Assembly (NCBI GenBank): GCA_963803975.1
Contig: CAWDOY010000047.1
Location: 112,096 to 176,095, forward strand
DNA: 64,000 nucleotides
From: an uncultured delta proteobacterium
Lineage (GTDB): Bacteria; Desulfobacterota; WTBG01; CAIYCZ01
Reading direction: 5' to 3'
The notes beneath the pieces were generated by a model, which did not search any database, was not told where the DNA came from, and saw nothing but the letters and a program-made list of their open reading frames with translations. A program made the position numbers and the translations under genes. Below, in pieces: positions 8,521 through 17,878 of this stretch (position 1 is the stretch's first letter; every line of letters begins with the position of its first letter).

Positions 8521-9825
8521 TCATCCCCACTGTTTCCGGTTGTCAAGAACCCGGACCGCCTTACCTTCGCTCTTGGGCAAGGTATCCGGCTCCACCAGCT
8601 CCACGCGGGGCGTCACCAGAAGCTCAGACCTGAGATCGTCAATAATCCGCTTGCGCACGCTCTCAAGATGCTTTAAATCCCCGGTAAACATCTCTGCCCG
8701 TATCTCCGCTTTAACGGTCATAAAATCATTGTCGTCAATGGTGTCAAGAATAATCTGGAAATTGGACCCGACTTCCGGGATGGCCATGAGCGCCTTCTCA
8801 ATCTGAATGGGGAACATATTCACGCCTTTCACAATGAGCATGTCATCGGTTCTTCCTTTGATGCGGCTTATGCGGCGATGGGTTCTGCCGCAGGGACAGG
8901 GCTCCGGATAGACAAAAGCCAGATCACGGGTGCGGTAGCGCAATAGCGGCATGCCTTCACGCCGCAGGCTGGTGAATACCAGCTCCCCTTCAACACCATC
9001 CGGCACCGGCTCAAGCGTGGCAGGATCAATCACCTCCAGGATGTAGCTGTCTTCCCAGGTATGCAGGCCGTTCTGGCACGGGCACTCAAAAGCAACCCCG
9101 GGGCCATTCATCTCGGAAAGGCCGTAGGAGTTGTATGCCTTGACGCCGTATGCCTGTTCTATCCGCTGCCGTGTCTCTTCGGTATGGGGCTCAGCGCCGA
9201 TGAAGGCAATCTTAAGCTTCAGGTCTTTTTGCGGATCTATGCCCATAGTGCGGAACGTCTCAACGAGATGCAGGCCATAGCTGGGGATGATGTGGATAAC
9301 CGTGGTATCAAACTCCTGCATGAGCATGATCTGGCGCTTGCTGTTGCCGGCACCGGCAGGAATCACCATGGCGCCAAGCTTTTCCGCTCCGTAGTGAAAG
9401 CCCAGACCCCCGGTAAACAGGCCGTAGCCCATCATATTCTGGAAAACATCGCCCGGCCGCACCCCGGTCATGTACATGCAGCGGGCAACGAGTCCCGCCC
9501 ATTCATCAATATCACGGGCAGTGTGGAAAATGACGGTCGCCCGCCCGGTTGTTCCCGATGAGGAGTGCATCCTGACTATCTGTTCCCGGGGGACGGCAAG
9601 AAACCCGTAGGGGTAGTGCTCCCTGAGGGTATCCTTGGTGATGAAAGGGATGCGCCGGATATCATCCAGGCCTTTTATTGTATCGGGTGCTATCCCCTCC
9701 TGTTGAAAGAGTGATTGATAGTATGGTGAGTTTCCTGCCTGCTCCACGGTTTTCCGCAGCAGCAAGAGCTGCATCGTTTCAAGCCCGTCTCTGTCGAGCG
9801 TTTCAATATCCTTATTCCAGTACAT
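8521..9825 (-). CDS. paaK: Phenylacetate-CoA ligase (PaaK family, adenylate-forming)
   Basis: SSSGTTGRATV P-loop, YGLSE, GELVFTSL and RYRTRD motifs, C-terminal [13 protein letters not shown]. Probable start at the internal Met MYWNKDIETLDRDGLE. Confidence 0.85.
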   Translation of the reverse strand: MYWNKDIETLDRDGLETMQLLLLRKTVEQAGNSPYYQSLFQQEGIAPDTIKGLDDIRRIPFITKDTLREHYPYGFLAVPREQIVRMHSSSGTTGRATVIFHTARDIDEWAGLVARCMYMTGVRPGDVFQNMMGYGLFTGGLGFHYGAEKLGAMVIPAGAGNSKRQIMLMQEFDTTVIHIIPSYGLHLVETFRTMGIDPQKDLKLKIAFIGAEPHTEETRQRIEQAYGVKAYNSYGLSEMNGPGVAFECPCQNGLHTWEDSYILEVIDPATLEPVPDGVEGELVFTSLRREGMPLLRYRTRDLAFVYPEPCPCGRTHRRISRIKGRTDDMLIVKGVNMFPIQIEKALMAIPEVGSNFQIILDTIDDNDFMTVKAEIRAEMFTGDLKHLESVRKRIIDDLRSELLVTPRVELVEPDTLPKSEGKAVRVLDNRKQWG

Positions 9826-9932
9826 TACGCGAGACCTCTCTGTTTTCTGTTCCGCTATAAAACTCCCGGTCATTTCCGGTATTGTTAGACCATTACCGGT
9901 TTGTCGCATGCCCCCGCTGCTTGACCATACGG

Positions 9933-10505
9933 TTACAATTTATTGCGATAGAGAGCGGGGTCAACGGCCCGCACCATTGCCTGAATATCTAAACCACCGT
10001 CAAGAAAGGTGTTTATTTTTTCTGCCAGGAGCTGCGGCGCAGTCACAATATCAGAGTAGTTTACCGGAAGCATTGCAAAGCTCCGGTGGTTATGAATCCA
10101 GTGGTTGAATTTATTGAGCTGGCCTTTAAAAAGCTCGGCCAGCTTGTCATCACTCAGGTTTGCGCCTGTTTTCCCTGATCTCTGCAGCATTCTTTTTTGT
10201 GACGCAAGAACTTCGTAGATGTTTCGCTCCATGAAAATGACCCGGTATTCATATTCCAGCGGCAGGTCATATAACAGGCTGTAAATCACTTTTACCACCT
10301 TGCCCCGAGCTGTCGGCACCCATGAGGGATCGTCCCGGGTTTTTTTGACCGGCTCAAATTCGTAATATCCTTTCGGGTTATCCTCGTCCCGGGTGCGCTG
10401 GTGATCGGTGAGCACGGGGATGCCGCCCGCTTCAATCATCTGCATCATCATTGATGTGCCGGAGCGGGGAAGGCCTGATACAATCGTAACAAACGATAGA
10501 TTCAT
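9933..10505 (-). CDS. Sulfotransferase-family protein (PAPS-binding P-loop)
   Basis: 5'-PSB-like motif SGLPRSGTSMM and a 3'-PB-like region. ~190 aa, Stf0-like size. Confidence 0.65.
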   Translation of the reverse strand: MNLSFVTIVSGLPRSGTSMMMQMIEAGGIPVLTDHQRTRDEDNPKGYYEFEPVKKTRDDPSWVPTARGKVVKVIYSLLYDLPLEYEYRVIFMERNIYEVLASQKRMLQRSGKTGANLSDDKLAELFKGQLNKFNHWIHNHRSFAMLPVNYSDIVTAPQLLAEKINTFLDGGLDIQAMVRAVDPALYRNKL

Positions 10506-10592
10506 CGAAGGTTATCCTTTACTGGTTGTTTGTTTTCCTGTAGCTCCCGCGAGACTGCCAGGGGGCGTTAAACGAAAGAATTGCTGCCGCCC

Positions 10593-11441
10593 TCAGGCAG
10601 AGAGCCTGCCTTTTATAAAAGGGCTGGTAAGCAGCGCGGAGATCATTGATATGATACAGAACCATACCAGCCACCAGTCTGTTCCACAGATAAATGAATG
10701 CCGCGCCGGATAGGCAATGCTGATTGAAGCAACCGGACCCGCAGCGCTCAGCGGCTGCTCAAGGGGATGCATAATAACATCTGCCGCGTCTGTGCCCGGG
10801 CGTTTGGCGCTGACGCGCATGAAACCTGTGCCTATTGCCAGCTGCTTTACAATCTGCTGATCGCCCACCTGAAATTTGAGCAGATGGGTTCCGTCCTGTA
10901 CCGGCTGAATCGTCCAGCAGATCTCTTTCCGGCTTGCAATGCGCATGGGGCCGGCAACTATTCGCGCGCCGGGACGGGCATCAAGGGTTACGGCCGGCCA
11001 GTGTTCAGAAGCATTGTTCAGTTTCAGATTCACGACTACCGGCGCATCTCCCAACTGCAGGGGACGGGCCTGATACCACAGGCCCATCTGGGCAAGAATG
11101 AGGCTCAAGGGTATACTCATAATCAGCACCGGTATGAGTGAATATACGAACAGTTTAACGGAGCACAGCATCAGCCGTGCCTCGGACTTCATGGTAACCG
11201 CTATATTGTCCCGATAGAGGCGAACCGCCAGCAGACTGGCTTTGATATCATCAATGGTGCGGGTTAAAGCGCGCTGGTTTGAAGTGTACTTAAATATAAT
11301 AAATAACGGGATCCCGAGAACTGCCGAAATAATCGTGATTGAAAGCCAGCCCGGAACCATGGCAATCGGGGCCAATACCAGGCCGCAGACAGTGTTTGCT
11401 GCCGAGTTCACTATGAAAAGAAAATAAATCAATCCGCTCAT
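10593..11441 (-). CDS. Integral membrane protein of unknown function (4 TM helices plus a periplasmic domain)
   Basis: Hydrophobic segments at the N- and C-termini, no recognisable motif. Start overlaps the stop of the upstream small ORF (ATGA). Confidence 0.5.
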   Translation of the reverse strand: MSGLIYFLFIVNSAANTVCGLVLAPIAMVPGWLSITIISAVLGIPLFIIFKYTSNQRALTRTIDDIKASLLAVRLYRDNIAVTMKSEARLMLCSVKLFVYSLIPVLIMSIPLSLILAQMGLWYQARPLQLGDAPVVVNLKLNNASEHWPAVTLDARPGARIVAGPMRIASRKEICWTIQPVQDGTHLLKFQVGDQQIVKQLAIGTGFMRVSAKRPGTDAADVIMHPLEQPLSAAGPVASISIAYPARHSFICGTDWWLVWFCIISMISALLTSPFIKGRLSA

Positions 11442-11629
11442 TACTCAATATAGCCCAAACCGCGCAGCTGTTCTGATACTGCCTTATCATCATCAGGTGA
11501 CGCCTCAAGCAGGGCCAGCTCTTTTTCAATAACAGAGGATACAAACTCTTCAAAACTGCTGTACCCCGCAGCTTCCGCAGCCTTTTTTGCCCGCTCATAC
11601 AGCTTGCTGTCAATTTTTACTTTGGTCAT
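11441..11629 (-). CDS. Small (62 aa) ribbon-helix-helix-like protein
   Basis: MTKVKIDSKLYERAKKAAEAAGYSSFEEFV resembles CopG/ParD-type RHH N-termini. Translationally coupled to the downstream membrane protein. Confidence 0.4.
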   Translation of the reverse strand: MTKVKIDSKLYERAKKAAEAAGYSSFEEFVSSVIEKELALLEASPDDDKAVSEQLRGLGYIE

Positions 11630-11646
11630 GGCTCGCTCCCTGGCAA

Positions 11647-13677
11647 TTATACTTTAAATATATTTCGTCCGGTCATGGTCGCCGGCACCTTTACGCCGAA
11701 TGCCGTCAATATTGACGGCGCAAGGTCAGTAAGGGCCGACGCAGGGCTTATGATGTCCTGATTGCTGAACAGTATGCCCGGCAGTTCAGAGGAATCCATG
11801 CAGTGGTCAGCTGCCCAGGCTGAATCATTATCTGAAAGTATCTCTTTGGGCATATCTCCCAGGCATGATTTCCACGAGCAGCGGAAATCGCGGCTGTAGC
11901 CGATAATTAGATCCGGCGCATACTTCTGCTGCGGCCCTGAATATATCTTGTCTGCTCTGCGCGCTTTGCAGATAACGGCCCTGCCGTCGCTATCCCGCAC
12001 TGCCTCAAGCTTCTGCACAAGCTCTTCCAGAAGGGTTTCCCGCTCTGCAGCGGGGTCCACAATCCCGTACTGCTCCCGTCCTCTCTGGTTAAGATAGAGG
12101 CTGTTGATGCCAAGGCCGTAGGCCCTGGTTTTTGACCAGTCAACGTCAGAAAACAGTGACGTGCACTCAGGCGGACCCAGGTACCCGTTATCCCGCAGCC
12201 AGGTGTTCAAGTTGAACTGGCGCCTGAAGTTTGCAAATCCGTGATCACTCATGATAATGATATGCGCCGTATCACCGTACCGCTTCATGAGCGCTCCGAC
12301 CAGCGCGTCCATCCTGCCGTAGAGATCCTGCACATGGGTGAAATATTTTTGCGCTTCAGCTGCCGTGCGGTAGGGATGTTTTGCCGCGGTGTCCCACCAC
12401 AGCATGTGGGACTGCATGTCGGTACTGGAAAAATAAAAAAAGAGCAGCCCGTCATCATAATTGCGCAGCGCGTAGTCAAGCAGCTGCATGCGCTCCTGCA
12501 GCACATACTCTGCCTGCCGGACAAATTCATCATCACTGAAAACCTTGTTTGAGAGGGCCTTATGGTCTTCCTGAAAACCCGTATTGTAAAAAAGCCCCAG
12601 CTGCTGAGACAGCTCCGGAAGAAATGCGGGCGGCTCGGTAATTTTTATGGCCGGGTCGTTAGGATCAGTATTTATGGGGGTAACATACAGCCTGAAGTTG
12701 GGGGCCGCTTCCTGCAGATAAAACCGGCAGATGCCGCTTATTTTTTTGTCAGGCACCAGCGCGGGGGTTGAAAGGCTGTACTCGATTCGCACCCAGGGGC
12801 TCCATTCACCCTGCTTCATAAGTATCGTCTGCTGCTGAATTTCGACGACAGCAGCCCTGTCGTTGCGGTTGCGATGCACGATAAATTCTATGGTTGCGTC
12901 CTGCGGTTTTTTAAGAAAGGTATTTTTTGGGCCAATTAAAATAAGCGGCCGGGAGGTTTCGCCGTCAAAATATATTTTTGACCGCCTCCCTCCCCCTTCG
13001 CTGACGGGTTTCTCCGGGCCGTCTTCGGCAAAGTGCTGGTAGGTTCCATAAGAGCCCAGCAGGTCAGGGGTCCCCATTCCTGCAAGGCAGCGGTGATTCC
13101 CATGCGTTGAGGAACTGGGCGGGTAGTTTGACGGCAGATCGTAAAACGTTGAGGGAATACCCGCTGCATCAAGATACTCCCAGAACGGCACGCCTTCGCG
13201 CTTCAGCACGGTCCGGGGAGGGGTGTGATTGAAGGGCCAGAAATCAAGCTGCATTTTATGCTCGCCCAGTTCCAGGTAACCGACACCGGGCATTGTTTCA
13301 GCAGCTGCAAAAAAAGGTAACGCCTGTTTTTCCGGATTGCGGTGGATAAAATCAAATATACCGTGGGAGCCGGGGCCCGCGCCGTTGATAAAATTTGCCC
13401 AGGCAACCGGGCTTTGCGGAGGGTTGCTGGTAGCAAGCGGCCGGAATCCATTATTCTTTCTCAGCCGGTCAAGATTGGGCAGCCGGCCCTGCTCCATCAA
13501 ACGGATGCAGAGCAGCGGGTCCATGCCGTCAAAACCTATGACAATAACTTTTTTGCCCGCAACCCTGCGCGGCTTTTGTTCCTGCGCGCTTGCTGCGCGG
13601 GAGCTTATTCCAGCTGCCAGCGCTGCTGCAGCCGCGGTCGACTGTTTTATAAAATCCCGTCTGGTAAGATGTTTCAT
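11647..13677 (-). CDS. Alkaline phosphatase-superfamily protein (type I phosphodiesterase / nucleotide pyrophosphatase family) with a Tat signal
   Basis: Tat motif TRRDFIKQSTAAAAALAAG. GFDGMD metal-site motif, PISPVAW-like PQSPVAWANF, SDHGF. Paralog of 13690..15798. Confidence 0.75.
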   Translation of the reverse strand: MKHLTRRDFIKQSTAAAAALAAGISSRAASAQEQKPRRVAGKKVIVIGFDGMDPLLCIRLMEQGRLPNLDRLRKNNGFRPLATSNPPQSPVAWANFINGAGPGSHGIFDFIHRNPEKQALPFFAAAETMPGVGYLELGEHKMQLDFWPFNHTPPRTVLKREGVPFWEYLDAAGIPSTFYDLPSNYPPSSSTHGNHRCLAGMGTPDLLGSYGTYQHFAEDGPEKPVSEGGGRRSKIYFDGETSRPLILIGPKNTFLKKPQDATIEFIVHRNRNDRAAVVEIQQQTILMKQGEWSPWVRIEYSLSTPALVPDKKISGICRFYLQEAAPNFRLYVTPINTDPNDPAIKITEPPAFLPELSQQLGLFYNTGFQEDHKALSNKVFSDDEFVRQAEYVLQERMQLLDYALRNYDDGLLFFYFSSTDMQSHMLWWDTAAKHPYRTAAEAQKYFTHVQDLYGRMDALVGALMKRYGDTAHIIIMSDHGFANFRRQFNLNTWLRDNGYLGPPECTSLFSDVDWSKTRAYGLGINSLYLNQRGREQYGIVDPAAERETLLEELVQKLEAVRDSDGRAVICKARRADKIYSGPQQKYAPDLIIGYSRDFRCSWKSCLGDMPKEILSDNDSAWAADHCMDSSELPGILFSNQDIISPASALTDLAPSILTAFGVKVPATMTGRNIFKV

Positions 13678-13689
13678 AACAGTTACGTC

Positions 13690-15798
13690 CTATGAGATCG
13701 TTTTCTGCCCGGGGCCGTCCACCTGCAGGGATTTCCCGTCCATGTGGGAAGGAACCGGAACCCCGAACATTTCAAGTATGGTCGGCCCGATGTCCATGAG
13801 CCGCGGGTGCTCGTCATGAATCATGCGATTGCTGAACAGAATGCCCGGAACCAGTGATTGATCAATGCAGTGATCGCCGCTCCAGGCTTTTACATTATCG
13901 TGAACGACCCGGCCGGTTACTTCTCCAATGGCAGTTTCCCATGCCGCCCGGTAACCCGCATTATATCCGACGAGAAGGTCCGGAGCATCCTGTTTGTAGG
14001 GGCCCTGATAAATCTTCATGGCATTATAGACCCTCTTTATTACCGGCTGTCCGTGCAGGGGATCAATAAAACCTTGAAGCTTTTCGGCAAGTTCCTCCCG
14101 GAGCTGCACTGCTTCTGCCCCGGAATCTACCATCCCCTGCGCTTCTCTGCCCTTAAGGTTTAGATAGATGCCGGAAAGGCCGATGGCAAAGGCTCTGGTC
14201 TTTGACCAGTCAACACCTGCCAGATTTTTCCTGCCGCGCCCATTCTCAGTGAGCGACAGATAGCCGTTTTCCTCAAGCCACCGGTTTAAGTCTATGCCGT
14301 AGCGAAAGGAGTTAAACCCGTGATCGGAAATCACCATCAGCAGCGTGTTGCGGTCACGGCATTTTTTCATCGTCTCTCCGAGTATTCTGTCAGCATTCCG
14401 GTAAATCTTTTCAATTTCCGGTTCTGCTGCCGGCTGATAGCTGCCCCGGTGCGCGGGATGTTCGGGGTCAAGCTGGCGCCAGAAAGAGTGCTGTACGCGG
14501 TCAGTGCCGTCAAACACACACACGCACAGTCCCCGGCCGATATTGTCAAGGGCATCAAAGAACATGCTCACCCGCTCCCGGTCGGTCTGCAGGCACTGCT
14601 CAATAAACTGCTCATCACTGATGCGCTGTTCATTCAGCGCCCAGCTGTCCTCAGCCAGGCCCAGGGTTGCATACCGGCCCTGACGCTTGGCCAGGTACGT
14701 TGCATAGACCTGCGGATGGCTGATGGGCATTACCGGTTTATCCGGGTCAATGTTTATCGGCGTCACATAGAGCTTGAAATCCGGCTCAGCTGCTATCAGC
14801 AGAAACCTGCAGATGCCCCGCACCTTCATCCCCAGAGAGGCCTTGAAGGTAACCGGTATCCAGTCAGAGTATTGTCCTGCGATGAGGGCACAGGTTGCGC
14901 CATTGAGATGCAGCACCGCGCTCGTAGCATCCTGAATGGTTATTTCAAAAGGGCATTTCAGGACAACGCGTGCTTTAAGCATGGGATCGTGCGGCCCTGA
15001 CAGCTCTGCTTTGATACGGTTGCCGGTTCTCTCTACCTGATGTACTTCCCCGCCGGTATTCTCGCCCGCGCCGGCAGCGCTGGTCGTGTAAAAGGAAAAT
15101 ATTCCCTGGGATCCGCGCAGATCCGGGGTGCACATTGCCGCAAGCTGCAGGCCGTAAAATTGTTCCGGCGGAAAGGTAATGGGAACGCGGATTATGTTGC
15201 TGAAGATGCCATGCTCGCCGAGCGTCTTCCAGAAGGGAACACCTTTTCTCAGCAGACGGATATCACCGCGCCCGAGAGGAATCTGATAGCGTCCCACTGA
15301 CAGGGTGCGCAGCGGCCCCTTAATATCGGTAGAGCTCAGCTTGGGGGCATACGTTTTACGATCGCGCGTGAGAAAGTCAAAGATATTATGTTTGCCCGGA
15401 TTTACCCCGGTCTGAAATGAAGACCAGGCAACCGGTGAAATGGGGGGAATAGTGGACAGCAGCGGTTTAAAGCAGCCCTGTTCCTGCAGCTTTGCAAAAT
15501 TGGGCAATTTACCCTCATCCAGCAGTTGCGTGGTCAGCGTATAGTCCATGCCGTCAAATCCAATAACAATTGCTTTTTTGATGCGGCTGCGGGCATACAC
15601 TCTGCGGAACCGGATACTGCGCACGATCGTCCGGATCGGCCAGGTCACCAGTATTATAAGCGCAGAGACCAGTGCGGTAAATAAAACTAAAAATGAGCCG
15701 CCAACCGCAAAACCGGCACCCGGACCAATATAGGCGCTTGCAGAACCGGGAAGCAGTGCACTTAATAGTACTGCAAGAGCGACCAGCAAATATTTCAT
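13690..15798 (-). CDS. Alkaline phosphatase-superfamily protein (type I phosphodiesterase / nucleotide pyrophosphatase family), membrane-anchored paralog
   Basis: Two N-terminal TM helices, then IVIGFDGMD, PPISPVAWSSF, VISDHGF. ~35% identical to 11647..13677. Confidence 0.75.
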   Translation of the reverse strand: MKYLLVALAVLLSALLPGSASAYIGPGAGFAVGGSFLVLFTALVSALIILVTWPIRTIVRSIRFRRVYARSRIKKAIVIGFDGMDYTLTTQLLDEGKLPNFAKLQEQGCFKPLLSTIPPISPVAWSSFQTGVNPGKHNIFDFLTRDRKTYAPKLSSTDIKGPLRTLSVGRYQIPLGRGDIRLLRKGVPFWKTLGEHGIFSNIIRVPITFPPEQFYGLQLAAMCTPDLRGSQGIFSFYTTSAAGAGENTGGEVHQVERTGNRIKAELSGPHDPMLKARVVLKCPFEITIQDATSAVLHLNGATCALIAGQYSDWIPVTFKASLGMKVRGICRFLLIAAEPDFKLYVTPINIDPDKPVMPISHPQVYATYLAKRQGRYATLGLAEDSWALNEQRISDEQFIEQCLQTDRERVSMFFDALDNIGRGLCVCVFDGTDRVQHSFWRQLDPEHPAHRGSYQPAAEPEIEKIYRNADRILGETMKKCRDRNTLLMVISDHGFNSFRYGIDLNRWLEENGYLSLTENGRGRKNLAGVDWSKTRAFAIGLSGIYLNLKGREAQGMVDSGAEAVQLREELAEKLQGFIDPLHGQPVIKRVYNAMKIYQGPYKQDAPDLLVGYNAGYRAAWETAIGEVTGRVVHDNVKAWSGDHCIDQSLVPGILFSNRMIHDEHPRLMDIGPTILEMFGVPVPSHMDGKSLQVDGPGQKTIS

Positions 15799-15824
15799 GC
15801 GTAAGCCAACATAATTATAACTGT

Positions 15825-17126
15825 TTACAAAACTCTCTTATCAATAATCTTTCCGGATTGCTGCAGGTTCTCTTCGAGTGTTTTCCGCTCCACCAGCTTT
15901 ACCTCCACTCTGAGGCCGAGGCGGCGCATAAGGGTGCTGCGTGTCTGCTCCAGCAGCGAGCGCTGCCGCTTCATCTCATCAAAGAAGATGTTCTCTGAAA
16001 CTGCCACATGGACCTCCAGGGTGTCGCGATAGTCGTCCCTGGTCACCACAATCTGATAGTGCGGCTCGCATCCTTCTATTTCCCTGAGCACCTTTTCAAT
16101 CTGCCCGGGGACAACATGGATCCCTTTTACCACGATGATGTCATCCACCCGCTCCATGACCCGCTCCATTCTCACCAGCGTCCGGCCGCAGGTACACGGG
16201 CTGAAATCAAGGCTGGTTATATCCCCGGTGCGATAGCGCAGCAGGGGAAATGCTTCGCGGGTGAGGGTCGTCAGCACCAGCTCGCCGGTCTGGCCGGGCG
16301 GCAGCGGGGTGCCGGTCTGCGGGTCAATGATTTCCGGCAGAAAATGGTCTTCAGCGAGATGCAGTCCGCTTTTCGCGTCACATTCGCCGGCGATGCCGGG
16401 GCCTGACAGCTCGCTCACGCCGTAATTATCATAGACAGCGATAAAGAGCCGCTCTTCTACTTCCCGGCGCGTCTTTTCCGACCATGGCTCAGCCCCGAAC
16501 AGGCCTTTCCTGAGGCTTAAGGTTTTCGGGTCGATGCCCAGTTTCCGCAGCCGGTCTGCAAAAATCAGAGCAAAGGACGGCGTTGCCACCAGCACCGTGG
16601 TCCGGTAGTCCTGCATGATCCTGATCTGGCGATCGATATTTTCGCTGGATGCGGGAATAACCGACGCGCCGATGCACTCGGCGCCATGGTGCAGGCCGAA
16701 AGCGCCGGTATAAAGACCGTAGTGAAAGGAGATCTGCATGACATCGTCGTGGGTCACCCCGCCCGCGGTCAGAAACCGGGCGACCTGCGTGCCCCAGTTC
16801 TTCAGGTCATTGCGGGTGTAGCCGATGACGGTCGGCGTATCGATGGTCTCGGTGGTGGTATGAATACGCACCACCTCGCGCAGCGGAACCGCAAACAGGC
16901 CGTAGGGATAATTGCTCTGCAGGTCCTGTTTGGTAGTGAGCGGCAGGCGCTTGAATTCTTCCAGGGTTGAGATGTCTTCAGGGACGATTTTTTTCTCGTC
17001 AAAAATTTTCCGGTAGAATGATACGTTCTTATAGGCGCGGTTAAGGCTTGACTGCAGCCGCTCTAACTGGAGCTGCTGCAGCTCCTCGCGGGGACAACAC
17101 TCAATCTTTTCTTCCCAGATAGCCAT
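15825..17126 (-). CDS. PaaK-family adenylate-forming ligase (phenylacetate-CoA ligase / F390-synthetase-like) with a non-canonical P-loop
   Basis: PaaK-like along its length (YGVSELSGPG, GELVLTTL, RYRTGD, RVDDIIVVKGIHV). The AMP-binding loop reads IHTTTETIDTPTVIGYT instead of [10 protein letters not shown]. Confidence 0.75.
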   Translation of the reverse strand: MAIWEEKIECCPREELQQLQLERLQSSLNRAYKNVSFYRKIFDEKKIVPEDISTLEEFKRLPLTTKQDLQSNYPYGLFAVPLREVVRIHTTTETIDTPTVIGYTRNDLKNWGTQVARFLTAGGVTHDDVMQISFHYGLYTGAFGLHHGAECIGASVIPASSENIDRQIRIMQDYRTTVLVATPSFALIFADRLRKLGIDPKTLSLRKGLFGAEPWSEKTRREVEERLFIAVYDNYGVSELSGPGIAGECDAKSGLHLAEDHFLPEIIDPQTGTPLPPGQTGELVLTTLTREAFPLLRYRTGDITSLDFSPCTCGRTLVRMERVMERVDDIIVVKGIHVVPGQIEKVLREIEGCEPHYQIVVTRDDYRDTLEVHVAVSENIFFDEMKRQRSLLEQTRSTLMRRLGLRVEVKLVERKTLEENLQQSGKIIDKRVL

Positions 17127-17135
17127 GTGCTTCTC

Positions 17136-17873
17136 CTATTCCCAGATCGGTTTTTTCTCTTTGCCCAGATAGGCACGCTGCACTTCCCTGTTTTCCAGCA
17201 GATCCCGCGCATTGCCCTCAAACATTATTTTCCCGGTCTCCATGACATAGCCGCGGTCTGACAGTTTGAGGGCGGCCCGGGCATTCTGCTCCACCAGAAA
17301 AATGGTCGTCTTGCTCATCTCCCTGAGCCGGGCAACCGTTTTGAAGATTTCCGTGACCACCAGCGGGGCCAGCCCCATGGAAGGCTCATCAAGGAGCAGT
17401 ATCCGGGGCCGGCTCATGAGCGCCCGCCCGATAGCAAGCATCTGCTGCTCACCGCCGGAGAGGGTGCCGGCAAGCTGATTCTGCCGCTCCTGCAGAATGG
17501 GGAACAGGGTAAACATTTCTTCTATATCGCGCTGGATTTTTCTGCTTCCGTCGCGGCGGTATCTGATATAGGAGCCAAGCTTCAGGTTATCAAGCACCGT
17601 CAGCGGATTGAATATCTGCCGTCCCTCGGGCACCTGGGAGATGCCCATCTTAACCACACGGTCCGGACTTTTGCGCGCTATGTCTTTATTATTATACATT
17701 ATTTGCCCGGTCCGCGCATTAATAATCCCGGAGATGGTATTGAGCAGCGTGGTTTTGCCTGCGCCGTTGGCCCCGATTAACGAGACAATTTCTCCTTCCG
17801 CGATGTGCAGGGAAATATTCTTCAGAACGTGAATCTCGCCGTAGAAGGTATTGATGTTGAGCAGCCGGAGCAT
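17136..17873 (-). CDS. livF: Branched-chain amino acid ABC transporter ATP-binding protein LivF
   Basis: Walker A GANGAGKTT, signature LSGGEQQMLAIGRAL, Walker B LLLDEPS. Confidence 0.85.
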   Translation of the reverse strand: MLRLLNINTFYGEIHVLKNISLHIAEGEIVSLIGANGAGKTTLLNTISGIINARTGQIMYNNKDIARKSPDRVVKMGISQVPEGRQIFNPLTVLDNLKLGSYIRYRRDGSRKIQRDIEEMFTLFPILQERQNQLAGTLSGGEQQMLAIGRALMSRPRILLLDEPSMGLAPLVVTEIFKTVARLREMSKTTIFLVEQNARAALKLSDRGYVMETGKIMFEGNARDLLENREVQRAYLGKEKKPIWE

Positions 17874-17878
17874 CGTTT

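Noticed and set aside
14320-15000. 226-aa plus-strand ORF
   Set aside because: Lies entirely antisense within the well-supported AlkP-family gene 13690..15798. Arg/Pro-rich, typical of a GC-rich shadow ORF.
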